A stretch of DNA of 64,000 nt, from positions 13,137 to 77,136 of the IMG/VR virus record IMGVR_UViG_3300036985_002657. One strand, 5' to 3'. Source of the stretch: a virus. The notes beneath the pieces are model-generated. The model was not told the DNA's origin, searched no databases, and saw only the letters and a program-made list of their open reading frames with translations. Positions 55,949-64,000 of the stretch are shown here, piece after piece. Every line of letters starts with the position of its first letter. Positions within the stretch are counted from its first letter, which is position 1. A program made the translations under genes and the position numbers.

Positions 55949-57103
55949 TCAGACCGCGATGCCTGCCGCCTTGAGCATCGGTCGGATGCGGGCGAGCACG
56001 GGCACTGCGGAAGGGTGCGTCGTGAGACGCGCACGGGAGAGCGGCTTGATCGACATCGCGATGATGTCGTCCGCTGGGGTCTTGTCGATGATCGACCAGA
56101 GCCGGGGCAACCGCGTAGCGCGGTTGGTGTCGCTGCCGACAGCGAGCGAGACAATCGAGTTGAGCACCGCCATGCTGCGGTCGAGTCGGGAGTCGTCGTG
56201 CTCCCACTGCACCTTGCCGTCGAGCACGTCAGCCGGGTCGGGGAGATCCATCTGCGCCTGGAAGACGAGCAGCTCGCGGGTGGCGCCCTCGCCGACGAAG
56301 CCAGAGATCAGTGCGACCGAGTCCGCGTCGCTCAGCCCGTGCACCTTCGCGCTCGCCATCGCGCGAACCGCGTTGCTCCAGCTCCGGTGCGACGCCCACG
56401 CACGGCCGCCCTGCGGGTTGCCCACGTCGGGTTGCGCGTGGAGCTTGCCGGGGTTGCGGATATGGAAGGACGTGATCAACCCGACCGCGTTGGCGCGCGC
56501 GGTCGGCCACGCGGCGAGCACGCGGGCTTCCTCTGCCGCCGGATCGTTGCGCTGCGGCTTCTCGTCCTCGAGGTCGTTGCCGCTCATCTCGTGGTCGCTC
56601 CACTCGCGCTCGGTGGGCGGCGCCCACTCTGCGTGCCCGAAGCGGTTGGCGATCGGCGCGGCCAAGTCCCATCCTGCCGCTGCGCGGTCGGGCGGGTTCG
56701 CCGCGCCGAGGATGCGCACGCTGCTCCCGAGCGTTGCACCACCGATGCGACGCGCCTGGATGAGCCCGAGCATCGCTGCCTGGATCATCGGCGCTGCCGT
56801 AGTAAGCTCGTCGAGGAACACGATGCCCCGGCCATCGAAGTCCTCGAAGTTCTCGATCCAGTCCGGGGCGGGGTAGCTGGTGACGTACCCACCGCCCACC
56901 GCCTTGCGGGGCATCGGCGTGACGCCGAACGCGCCCTCACCGCGCTCGCTGGGCGAGAGTACCTCAACGTGCATCTTCCACCGCTGACCGATCTCCTCGA
57001 TGATGTCGGACTTGCCAACACCGCTGAGCCCCCAGTAGAGCATCGGGAGCCCCCACCCGCGCTTGCCGGGTGTGAAGATCGCTGCCTTGATCACTTCTTC
57101 CAT
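55949..57103 (-). CDS. MoxR-type AAA+ ATPase
   Basis: WGLSGVGKS, VFLDEL, AANPP, PIANRF, RSW; adjacent to its vWA partner. Confidence 0.88.
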   Translation of the reverse strand: MEEVIKAAIFTPGKRGWGLPMLYWGLSGVGKSDIIEEIGQRWKMHVEVLSPSERGEGAFGVTPMPRKAVGGGYVTSYPAPDWIENFEDFDGRGIVFLDELTTAAPMIQAAMLGLIQARRIGGATLGSSVRILGAANPPDRAAAGWDLAAPIANRFGHAEWAPPTEREWSDHEMSGNDLEDEKPQRNDPAAEEARVLAAWPTARANAVGLITSFHIRNPGKLHAQPDVGNPQGGRAWASHRSWSNAVRAMASAKVHGLSDADSVALISGFVGEGATRELLVFQAQMDLPDPADVLDGKVQWEHDDSRLDRSMAVLNSIVSLAVGSDTNRATRLPRLWSIIDKTPADDIIAMSIKPLSRARLTTHPSAVPVLARIRPMLKAAGIAV

Positions 57104-57104
57104 C

Positions 57105-57326
57105 TCATCCTCCCTTCGTGCGGCGCACGTTGTTTGCCTTGTGCGGCGTGTGCTTCTTTGCAGCCACCTTGCGGATCGCCGCCTGCACCTTCAGGCACGA
57201 GTTGCACAGGCATCCGTTGACCCGCGCGACGGTCGAGTCCACGAGGCCCGTGTGCGGGACGACCCCGGCGCACTCGCACTCGTGGGAGGCGCAGCCGCAG
57301 TCCTCGCAGGTTCCGTTGCGGATCAC
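57105..57326 (-). CDS. Small Cys-rich protein
   Basis: CEDC.C...C.C, CLCNSC. Confidence 0.45.
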   Translation of the reverse strand: MIRNGTCEDCGCASHECECAGVVPHTGLVDSTVARVNGCLCNSCLKVQAAIRKVAAKKHTPHKANNVRRTKGG

Positions 57327-57670
57327 TGCGAACCTGCGGTGCTGTTAAAGCTTGCGTGCGCTTGTGCGTCCACCCCGTCGCCCAGCTTGGCCGCGCGGAG
57401 AGCGGCACGCTCGCTGTCGATCAAGCGCCTCGCCTCGACGTGGCTGCTGGCGATGTTGACCACGGCGGCGATCGCCTCACCCGGCGTGAGGCGGAGCGCG
57501 GAGTTGCGCTCGTTCGGCGAGTGCAGGCAGGTCGGCGCGTACAGGATCTCCGCGCACCACTTGTTCGACGCGGTGATGTAGCGGAGCGTGATCTCGTTGA
57601 CGTTGGCGTTGTCCAGCACAGTCTGGATCTCGCCGAGCGTCGTGCCGTTGTGGATGATCGTCGTCGCCAT
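57323..57670 (-). CDS. Hypothetical protein
   Basis: 115 aa, GGAGG RBS. Confidence 0.55.
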   Translation of the reverse strand: MATTIIHNGTTLGEIQTVLDNANVNEITLRYITASNKWCAEILYAPTCLHSPNERNSALRLTPGEAIAAVVNIASSHVEARRLIDSERAALRAAKLGDGVDAQAHASFNSTAGSQ

Positions 57671-57671
57671 G

Positions 57672-57902
57672 TCAGTCCTCCTTGCTGTAGGTGATCAGTT
57701 CGTGCCGAGCGGCGCGCCACGACAGCGTGGCGTCCTCGGCGAGCTTCATGTTGGGCGCGAGCAGAACGAGGTCTGCCCACGCGCCTGCGCACCGCTCCCA
57801 CGCCTCGCGCGTGCGGAGCAGGTCGGCGCTTCGCTGCGCGGCGGCTGCGACCCACACGGCTCGAAGCCGCGCGGCGCGAGCGCGCTTCTCGAAGTCGCTC
57901 AT
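57672..57902 (-). CDS. Hypothetical protein
   Basis: ATG overlaps the upstream stop. Confidence 0.45.
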   Translation of the reverse strand: MSDFEKRARAARLRAVWVAAAAQRSADLLRTREAWERCAGAWADLVLLAPNMKLAEDATLSWRAARHELITYSKED

Positions 57903-58300
57903 CGCGTCGGCCGAGGGCAGGTCGACTCCTCGGGCGGCTCGGAGCTCGACTCGAAGCGGAACGCGCCGTGGTCCTCGCACGACTCCACCTGAAGCACGGC
58001 ACACGCCGGGCAACCTTCGGTCGACTCCTCGGGCAGATCGCCGAGCCTCTCGAGCCGGTCGCACGCGCCGCAGTCGTCCGCGTTCCGATCGCACACCGCC
58101 TGGCTAAGCGAGCAGCGCGTCGGCGCTGCGAGCCAGTCGCACAGGCGCTCGATCGCAGTGACGAGGCAGGACTCCATCTGCCGCTTCTCGGAAATGGCGT
58201 CCTGCCACTGCCCGTTCTGTGCGAGGTAGTTCATCTCGTGCTGCGCGACAGCGGCGTATTGCATGAACATCAGGACGCCGTCTTCTTTGGTTCGGTTCAT
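57899..58300 (-). CDS. Hypothetical Cys-rich protein
   Basis: GGAG RBS; CGAC, CPAC, CEDH. Confidence 0.5.
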   Translation of the reverse strand: MNRTKEDGVLMFMQYAAVAQHEMNYLAQNGQWQDAISEKRQMESCLVTAIERLCDWLAAPTRCSLSQAVCDRNADDCGACDRLERLGDLPEESTEGCPACAVLQVESCEDHGAFRFESSSEPPEESTCPRPTR

Positions 58301-58484
58301 CGCTTGCTCCCTCTCGTGCGGTCTGGTGCACGTCGGGACGAGCAACGCTGGTGTGCGTTGCTCGCCCTGCCTGCGTCAGATCACTCCTGCCCTTCGAGCA
58401 CGCACTCCCCATCGTGCGGCCAGTCGCTCTCTCCAGTCCGCCCCGCAGCGCGGCGTGCCGCTGCGGAGCTTGAGCAGGGAGCGA

Positions 58485-59078
58485 TCAGCCCTTCGCAGCG
58501 ATCACGTTCTGCGGCAGCACCATGCGCACGCCGCCCTCGGTCGCGAGCACGAGCTTCTTGCCGACGACCTTGACCACGCGGAGCTCGAGCATCTCGTCCG
58601 CCTCGAGCAGCCCCTCGAACGACGCGCGGCGCTTCTCGGCGATCTGCACGAACTGCCCCGCCTCGAACTTGCTGGTCGTCTCGCCACGCGCCGCGCGCGC
58701 CACGGGCTTCCAGTTGGCCGGGAAGTTCTCGAAGTGACCGGCCGCCGCGTCGAGCAGGTTGCGTGCGTTGCCCAGGCACTCGGCCGCCGCCTGCTCCTCG
58801 CTGCCGTCCTTGGACGCATCGATCATGCTGACCACGCGCGCCAGGCGCTTGACCAGGCGCGCCATGTTCTTCCCGAGCCGGGGCGCGGGGCTCGGACGAT
58901 TCGCGCGCTTCGCCGCGCGGGCCGCCTTCTTCTCCTCCGGGCTGAGGAGCTTCCACTCCTCGCGCGTCAGCTTGCGCGGCGCGGTCGTCGCCTCGACCGC
59001 GGGCGTCTGCTCCTCGGTCTCGACGGTCACGACCGACTGGGGAACGATCTTGCGCGCGCTGTTCTTCTTGTTGGACAT
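58485..59078 (-). CDS. Hypothetical basic protein with SH3/KOW-like C-terminus
   Basis: FEAGQFVQI...LRVVKVVGKKLVL; GGAG RBS. Confidence 0.6.
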   Translation of the reverse strand: MSNKKNSARKIVPQSVVTVETEEQTPAVEATTAPRKLTREEWKLLSPEEKKAARAAKRANRPSPAPRLGKNMARLVKRLARVVSMIDASKDGSEEQAAAECLGNARNLLDAAAGHFENFPANWKPVARAARGETTSKFEAGQFVQIAEKRRASFEGLLEADEMLELRVVKVVGKKLVLATEGGVRMVLPQNVIAAKG

Positions 59079-59195
59079 GATGATCTCCACCTGCGGTTGA
59101 CGTGCCGCTTGCTCCATCGACAGGAGCCACGCTGTCCGCTGGATTGCGGATCAGTGCCAGCGTCTTGTGCCCGACGCTGTTGGGCTGCTCCAACC

Positions 59196-59456
59196 TCACG
59201 CCCCGAGGTCGAGTTCCTCCGCGCGCTCGATCGGGTTGACCTCGTTGAAGACCGCGAGGTCCATGCGCGCCGTCTGGAACGCGAGCATCGCTGCCTCGAC
59301 CTTGTTCCAGTGCGCCACGGACGGGGTGCGCTTGAACGCGCGGAACGCGGCGCTCATCGCGGACTTCGCCTTCTTGACCTGGAACTTCAGCTCGCTGCGC
59401 GGGCTGCGAACCTTGACCACTGCCGTCTCCGTCACCGTCGTGTTGATCGTCGTCAT
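59196..59456 (-). CDS. Hypothetical protein, first gene of the leftward early block
   Basis: GGAGG RBS before MTTINTT. Confidence 0.6.
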   Translation of the reverse strand: MTTINTTVTETAVVKVRSPRSELKFQVKKAKSAMSAAFRAFKRTPSVAHWNKVEAAMLAFQTARMDLAVFNEVNPIERAEELDLGA

Positions 59457-59474
59457 TGGGAACCTCCAGCCGAA

Positions 59475-59546
59475 CGTGCAACGCGGGATTGCGTTGCGCG
59501 CTCGGATCGAGGTGCAACGCGCTGCAAACTGCGCAGCGCGTTGCAC
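59475..59546. promoter_or_regulatory. Two tandem inverted repeats built from GTGCAACGC half-sites (operator-like)
   Basis: Perfect 14-bp IR GTGCAACGCGCTGC at 59512-59525/59533-59546; 9/10 IR at 59475-59484/59491-59500. Confidence 0.65.
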
Positions 59547-59934
59547 TGTGTTGGGTTGCGGGCGTAGAACACGCCTGCGATCCAGTGCCGATATTCAGTT
59601 GTCATAGAACCCTCGCAGCTTCTTCGCGTGCCCCTTGCTCATCCACTGCCCTTAGTCCCACCCGATGTTCCCCGCGCTGCGCTTCTGGATCACCCTCGCG
59701 AGCGATCTGCACTTATCAGCGGGTCAGTGGTTTCGGAATCAGCGGACCCCTGTCGGGACCGTCTGCGTCGCGCTTTCGTTCTGAGACTGGTTTCTTGATC
59801 CTTTGGCTTGGGGTGGTAGCTGTTGGGTGCGCTCTAACTTCGTCTCACCCTTTTCAACAACCACCAACAATCATCACTGTACAGCCTCCTAGGGCGGGTG
59901 CAGCCACAATGATGCCCCAGATCAATCATAGTTG

Positions 59935-60361
59935 TAACTCGGCGTGATCATTGAGGATCTAGTTGGGTGCCGCCTGTGCGTGGTTGTGTGGTCGCGTACA
60001 CTCTTACAAACCATGCAGGAATCGGGGCGGTTCTGCTGGGTAAGCAGCCGCACAAGGAATGATGCGCGATCTGCTAACTCGGCGTGATCATTGAGGATCT
60101 AGCTGCGCTAGCGCGCGCAGCGGGGCTAACTCGGCGTGATCATTGAGGTTTGGACTACCAACGAGGAGGGCTGCTTTACTGGGGGAAGAACGGGGCAAGA
60201 ACCGCCGTCTACCTGGGGCAAGACGGATTCGCTTCAGCAGCGGGGCGGCTGCCCCTCAGCCGGGGAAGCGCCCCGCAGCGGGCAGCGCGCAGCCCCGCGT
60301 TCCAACGGTTCCCCGATTGATGGGGGATTTAGGCCGCGCTAACTCGGCGTGATCATTGAGG
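59935..60361 (+). repeat. Four identical 22-bp direct repeats TAACTCGGCGTGATCATTGAGG (iteron/operator-like)
   Basis: Copies at 59935, 60075, 60127 and 60340 within a 1.1-kb non-coding divergent region. Confidence 0.9.
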
Positions 60362-60602
60362 TTGTCCGCTAGGCGTCAGGAGATGCTGCGCGCGTGGGCA
60401 ACAGCACACACTTCTGACGCTGAGCTACGATCCTCCAGAACGACAAGGGATCATCCCACCTCCCGCGTCCTGTGCGTGAACGCACGGATTCATGTGCGTT
60501 TGCGTTTGACTGCGTTAGAGCGCGTGCTAAGCTGCCTTTCCCGCTCCGTACAAACAGGGCGGAAACTGGTGGAAAACGGGGCAACAGAATGGAGGCGGCG
60601 AA

Positions 60603-61451
60603 ATGACAACTGTTCAGGACATCACCGTGGTGGCCGAGCACACGGGCACCGCTGGTGCGGTGACGTGGTGGCGGCTGAGTGGCGTGATCGACTATGACCG
60701 GCTGGTGGCGGAGTGGAAGGCCGCAGGGTTCCCGCTCTGCGATCTGCCTGCCCCGCCGAGCGACACGAGCGCGCTGCGGCGCGCGCTCGAGGTGTACCGC
60801 GCGGCGAACACGCTCGTCCGCTCGCTGCCTGGCGGCGGGTACGCGATCGTCGATGAGGACTTCGCAGGCGGCGACAACGATGACCCTGAGTACGAGGTCC
60901 GGTTCAAGGTCTGGATCGATGAGCAGGAGATGGCGCTCTCCTTCGACCGCGAGATGGACGAGGCGGAGCTGGACGTCATCCACGACACGTTCATGCGCTG
61001 CCGACGCGAGCTACACCATCAGGACGTGAGTGCCTGGTTGGTCAAGCGGTGCAAGGCGGTCCAGAGCATCGGGCTGCGCGATACGGGCGGCATCTACTTC
61101 GTGCCAGAGCAGTTCGCGCCGACGTGGAGCTTGCTCGCTGACTTGCTGGCGCGCTGCTCGGCGTCTCGCATCTACGAGATCCCGGCGCTCAAGAACGACC
61201 GGGCGGTGGAGGCGATCATGGAGGCCGTGATCAACGACGCAGCCGACCACGTTGCCAAGCTGACGAAGGCACTCGACGAGAAGGATCTCGGCGAGCGTGG
61301 CCTGCGCGGCAAGGCGACGAAGTGCGAGGCGCTGGCGACCAAGCTCCGGCTCTACGAGGAACTGCTCGGGCGCAAGATGGAGGCGATCACCGCGCGCGTG
61401 CAGGAAGTCGACGCGCGCATCTCGGACCTGATCTTGATGAGCGAAGACTGA
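60603..61451 (+). CDS. DUF3150/DUF6744-like protein
   Basis: GAVTWW.L, LR.TGGIYFVP, coiled C-terminus L.LYEELLG; GGAGG RBS. Confidence 0.6.
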   Translation: MTTVQDITVVAEHTGTAGAVTWWRLSGVIDYDRLVAEWKAAGFPLCDLPAPPSDTSALRRALEVYRAANTLVRSLPGGGYAIVDEDFAGGDNDDPEYEVRFKVWIDEQEMALSFDREMDEAELDVIHDTFMRCRRELHHQDVSAWLVKRCKAVQSIGLRDTGGIYFVPEQFAPTWSLLADLLARCSASRIYEIPALKNDRAVEAIMEAVINDAADHVAKLTKALDEKDLGERGLRGKATKCEALATKLRLYEELLGRKMEAITARVQEVDARISDLILMSED

Positions 61452-61462
61452 TCGCGCGTCCC

Positions 61463-61492
61463 TTGCTCCGGCGCAGGATGCCTTGGTATCCT
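61463..61492 (+). promoter_or_regulatory. Sigma70-like promoter upstream of the sigma-like gene
   Basis: TTGCTC-N18-TATCCT with extended TG. Confidence 0.45.
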
Positions 61493-61552
61493 GCGCCGCA
61501 TGGAAGGGGCGAAGGCAGTTACGCCGTGGCCCGTGTTCCACTCGAGGTGCAG

Positions 61553-62140
61553 ATGCCGCTAGAGATCATTCAGCAGAACGCCGCGCGCGCTGCGGCGCGG
61601 TACAAGCGTCGATGTTGGTGGACTTCGTTCGAGGACATGGAGCAGGAGGCGATCACCGCGCAGATCGAAGCCTACTCGCGCGGCACGTTCGACGAGAGCT
61701 TCGGTCGTCCGATCTCCGCGTACCTCTGGTCGGTGGCGATGTTCGCCGTGCGCCGCCTCGTCCACAAGGCGAGCGCCCCGGTCTCCGCGTCCCATAGGAC
61801 CGACGTGCTGATCGGCGTGTACCGCGACGCCCTCGAGCTCACGGGGTCTGAAGGCGGCACGGTGGAGAACCCCGCGCTCCCGCGCGAACCGCAGGCAACC
61901 GAAACTCGCATGAGCGCACAAGATAGGGCGCGGCGTGTTCGAGCGCGTGTGGTAGAGCTTGTCGGTGCGAACGAAGCGGAGTTCGCCTTCTGCGTGATGA
62001 CGCACGAATGGCGTCCCCGTGAGATCGCCGAGGAGTCCGGCGTCTCCGTGCAGGTCGTCTACAAGATGCAGCGCCGGATCTCGAACGTACTGATCGAAGA
62101 CCCCGTCCTGTACGAACTGTGGAAAGCGAGCGACCGATGA
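61553..62140 (+). CDS. RNA polymerase sigma factor-like protein
   Basis: Region 2-like FEDMEQEA..A.IEA....FD...G..ISAYL; region 4 HTH REIAEESGVS.Q.VY. Confidence 0.75.
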   Translation: MPLEIIQQNAARAAARYKRRCWWTSFEDMEQEAITAQIEAYSRGTFDESFGRPISAYLWSVAMFAVRRLVHKASAPVSASHRTDVLIGVYRDALELTGSEGGTVENPALPREPQATETRMSAQDRARRVRARVVELVGANEAEFAFCVMTHEWRPREIAEESGVSVQVVYKMQRRISNVLIEDPVLYELWKASDR

Positions 62141-62826
62141 GCAAGAAGAAGGCAACCGCGCAGCCAGCAGGCGCGCACCTCGAAGACAACCGCGTCGCAG
62201 AGATCCGCGTCGTGGACATTGAGCGCGTGACGCCGCGCTACCCCGACCCCGCCGACAACCCGAACAAAATGGAGCCTGAGCGGTTCGACCTGCTCGTGAA
62301 GGCGATCGCGCAGGAGGGCTTCCTCCAACCGCTGCTCGTGACGCAGCGCGAGAACGACTACCTGATCGAAGACGGACACCACCGGCTCGACGCCGCGCTG
62401 AAGGCGGGGCTGAAGCAGGTGAGCATCGCGATCACGCACGCAGCGAAACCCCAGGACGAGGCGCGCGCGAAGCTGCTCGGCCTCGGGATGAACCGCTTGC
62501 GCGGCGAGCTCGATCTGCGCCTGGCGAGCGACATCATCCGTGAGGTGCAGGACGCGCTCTCGCTGGAGACGCTGGAGGTCTCCATCCTCACCGGCTTCAC
62601 GGAGGAGGAGCTTCTCTCGCTCCTGAAGGACACCGACGACATCGATCTCGAGGACGAAAGCGCGAGCGAGGTCGGCGACACCCTACCAGACGACGCGCTG
62701 GTGTTCCTGCTCGAGCTCCAGTTCGGGGACCGCGAGCAGTTCAAGCTCGCCAAGCGCCGCCTGAAGAAGCTCGGCGGCGGCAACATGACGACCGGACTGA
62801 TGATCGCACTCGCGGAGGACGAATGA
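62137..62826 (+). CDS. ParB N-terminal domain protein
   Basis: DNPNKM, L...I...GFLQPLLV, IEDGHHR..AA, NRLRGE. Confidence 0.85.
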   Translation: MSKKKATAQPAGAHLEDNRVAEIRVVDIERVTPRYPDPADNPNKMEPERFDLLVKAIAQEGFLQPLLVTQRENDYLIEDGHHRLDAALKAGLKQVSIAITHAAKPQDEARAKLLGLGMNRLRGELDLRLASDIIREVQDALSLETLEVSILTGFTEEELLSLLKDTDDIDLEDESASEVGDTLPDDALVFLLELQFGDREQFKLAKRRLKKLGGGNMTTGLMIALAEDE

Positions 62827-63107
62827 CCAACCACAAGAGCAAGCTCGCGGCGGCGGCCAAGCGTGCCGCGACGACCGAGAAGATGCGGACGCAGGGCTAC
62901 CTCGCCGTGGCGGAGGTGGCGGCGAAACTAGACATCCACATCGGCAGCGTCTACCGCTGGGTGAGCGACGGCGACGTGACCGGCGTCAAGGTGGGCGGCA
63001 AGAGCTACATCTCCCGCACGAGCCTGATCGAGAAGATCGGGCTGCCGACGGCGCGTGCGTTCGGCTTCACGCTCCCCGAGATCGCGGTCGAAGTCGAGGA
63101 CGTGTAG
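62823..63107 (+). CDS. Excisionase/MerR-like HTH DNA-binding protein
   Basis: YLAVAEVAAKLDIH.GSVYRWV..G.V.G.KVGG..YI. Confidence 0.75.
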   Translation: MTNHKSKLAAAAKRAATTEKMRTQGYLAVAEVAAKLDIHIGSVYRWVSDGDVTGVKVGGKSYISRTSLIEKIGLPTARAFGFTLPEIAVEVEDV

Positions 63108-63110
63108 CTC

Positions 63111-64000
63111 GTGTGGATCGCCCTGACGAACCTGCACGCGAAGCTCGAGCGCGCGACGCCTGCCGAGGCGGAGTGGTTGAGCGAGTACCTCTCGTTCCCT
63201 GACGCCGAGGCGAAGTACCGCAACGCGCGCGCACCTGCCTGGAAGAAGGGCGATGGGAAGATCCATATGCTCAACGCCGTCTTGCAGACGTTCCCTTCTG
63301 GGTTCATCGCGCAGGTGCAGAAGGCGGCGAAGGAGGACGGGCACACCGTGCAGGTGCTCGATCGCCGCCGCGCGCCGTGCAAGCCGGACCCAATGGCGCT
63401 GCTCGACTGGCTGCGATCCTACCAGATGGACGCCATCGGCATCGCGCGCACGACCGAGCGCGGCGTGTTCCACCACCCGACGGGCGCAGGCAAGACCGAG
63501 GTGATGGTCGGCATCGCCGAGCTCTACCCGATTCGTTGGCTGGTGCTGACGCACCGCAAGGACTTGCTCGGCAACACGAGCGATCGCTTCATGCGCCGAA
63601 CCGGGGAGGAAATCGGCCTGATCGGCGAAGGCAAGTTCGACACCCGGCGCGTGACCGTGGCGATGTTCCAGACGCTCTACGCCGGGCTGCGCACCAAGAA
63701 CAAGAAGGTGATCGAGTACCTCGCCACCGTGCAGGGTGTGATGATCGACGAGGTGCACATCGTCCCTGCCGCGACCTACTGGCGCGTGCTCATGGCGATG
63801 GAGAACGCCTACTTCCGGTACGGGTTCTCCGGCACCCCGTTCGCTCGCGGCGACAAGAAATCGATCTTCACTTGGGGCGCTGTGGGGCCGGTGATCCACC
63901 GCATCCGTGCGGAGGCGCTCATCGACGCAGGCGTTCTCGCCAAGCCTGAGATCACGATGACTCGCGTGCAGGCGTCCGCGCTCGACGTGGCGACGTGGGG
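63111..64000 (+). CDS. Superfamily 2 helicase (UvsW/XPB-like), 3' truncated; absent from the ORF track
   Basis: Translated by hand from GTG 63111: LRSYQ, PTGAGKT, VTVAMFQTL, MIDEVH, YGFSGTP. Confidence 0.9.
   Translation, partial: MWIALTNLHAKLERATPAEAEWLSEYLSFPDAEAKYRNARAPAWKKGDGKIHMLNAVLQTFPSGFIAQVQKAAKEDGHTVQVLDRRRAPCKPDPMALLDWLRSYQMDAIGIARTTERGVFHHPTGAGKTEVMVGIAELYPIRWLVLTHRKDLLGNTSDRFMRRTGEEIGLIGEGKFDTRRVTVAMFQTLYAGLRTKNKKVIEYLATVQGVMIDEVHIVPAATYWRVLMAMENAYFRYGFSGTPFARGDKKSIFTWGAVGPVIHRIRAEALIDAGVLAKPEITMTRVQASALDVATW

Noticed and set aside
59935-60361. Mini-CRISPR array
   Set aside because: Gaps of 118, 30 and 191 bp are too uneven, the repeat is short, and there is no cas operon
62823-63107. 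Excisionase implying a temperate lifestyle
   Set aside because: This HTH family is a generic DNA binder; no integrase, att site or host flank is in the window

Overview
GC-rich, gene-dense segment of a tailed dsDNA phage with a contractile tail (myovirus). No host genes, integrase, tRNA or CRISPR array were seen, so lifestyle cannot be called. Both ends cut + strand replication genes (SbcC-like ATPase at the left, SF2 helicase at the right), so part of the replication block is missing. Layout: (1) 1-7.9 kb (+), a translationally coupled DNA-modification operon: folE, QueD-like dpdL, GT-B glycosyltransferase, radical SAM/SPASM enzyme, P-loop kinase-nucleotidyltransferase fusion, dpdA-like transglycosylase, ParB-N protein, queE, then an HNH endonuclease. 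(2) 7.9-49.8 kb (-), the late region: terminases, fibre cassette, portal, head genes (with canonical queD embedded), MCP, neck, collagen fibre, sheath, tube, tape measure, baseplate and lysis. (3) 49.9-59.5 kb (-), early/middle genes: SleB-like hydrolase, NAD-dependent ligase, resolvase, Cas4-like nuclease, MoxR AAA plus vWA peptidase. (4) 59.5-60.6 kb, a divergent non-coding control region with operator-like inverted repeats and four 22-bp direct repeats. (5) 60.6-64 kb (+), sigma-like, ParB-like, HTH and helicase genes. The two strongest candidates for undescribed biology are a 7-deazaguanine hypermodification pathway (DpdA/DpdL plus glycosyltransferase, radical SAM and kinase-NTase, with no QueC seen) and a ~475-nt highly structured, UUCG-rich intergenic RNA directly after the major capsid gene. 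All calls come from manual motif recognition; no searches or folding programs were run.
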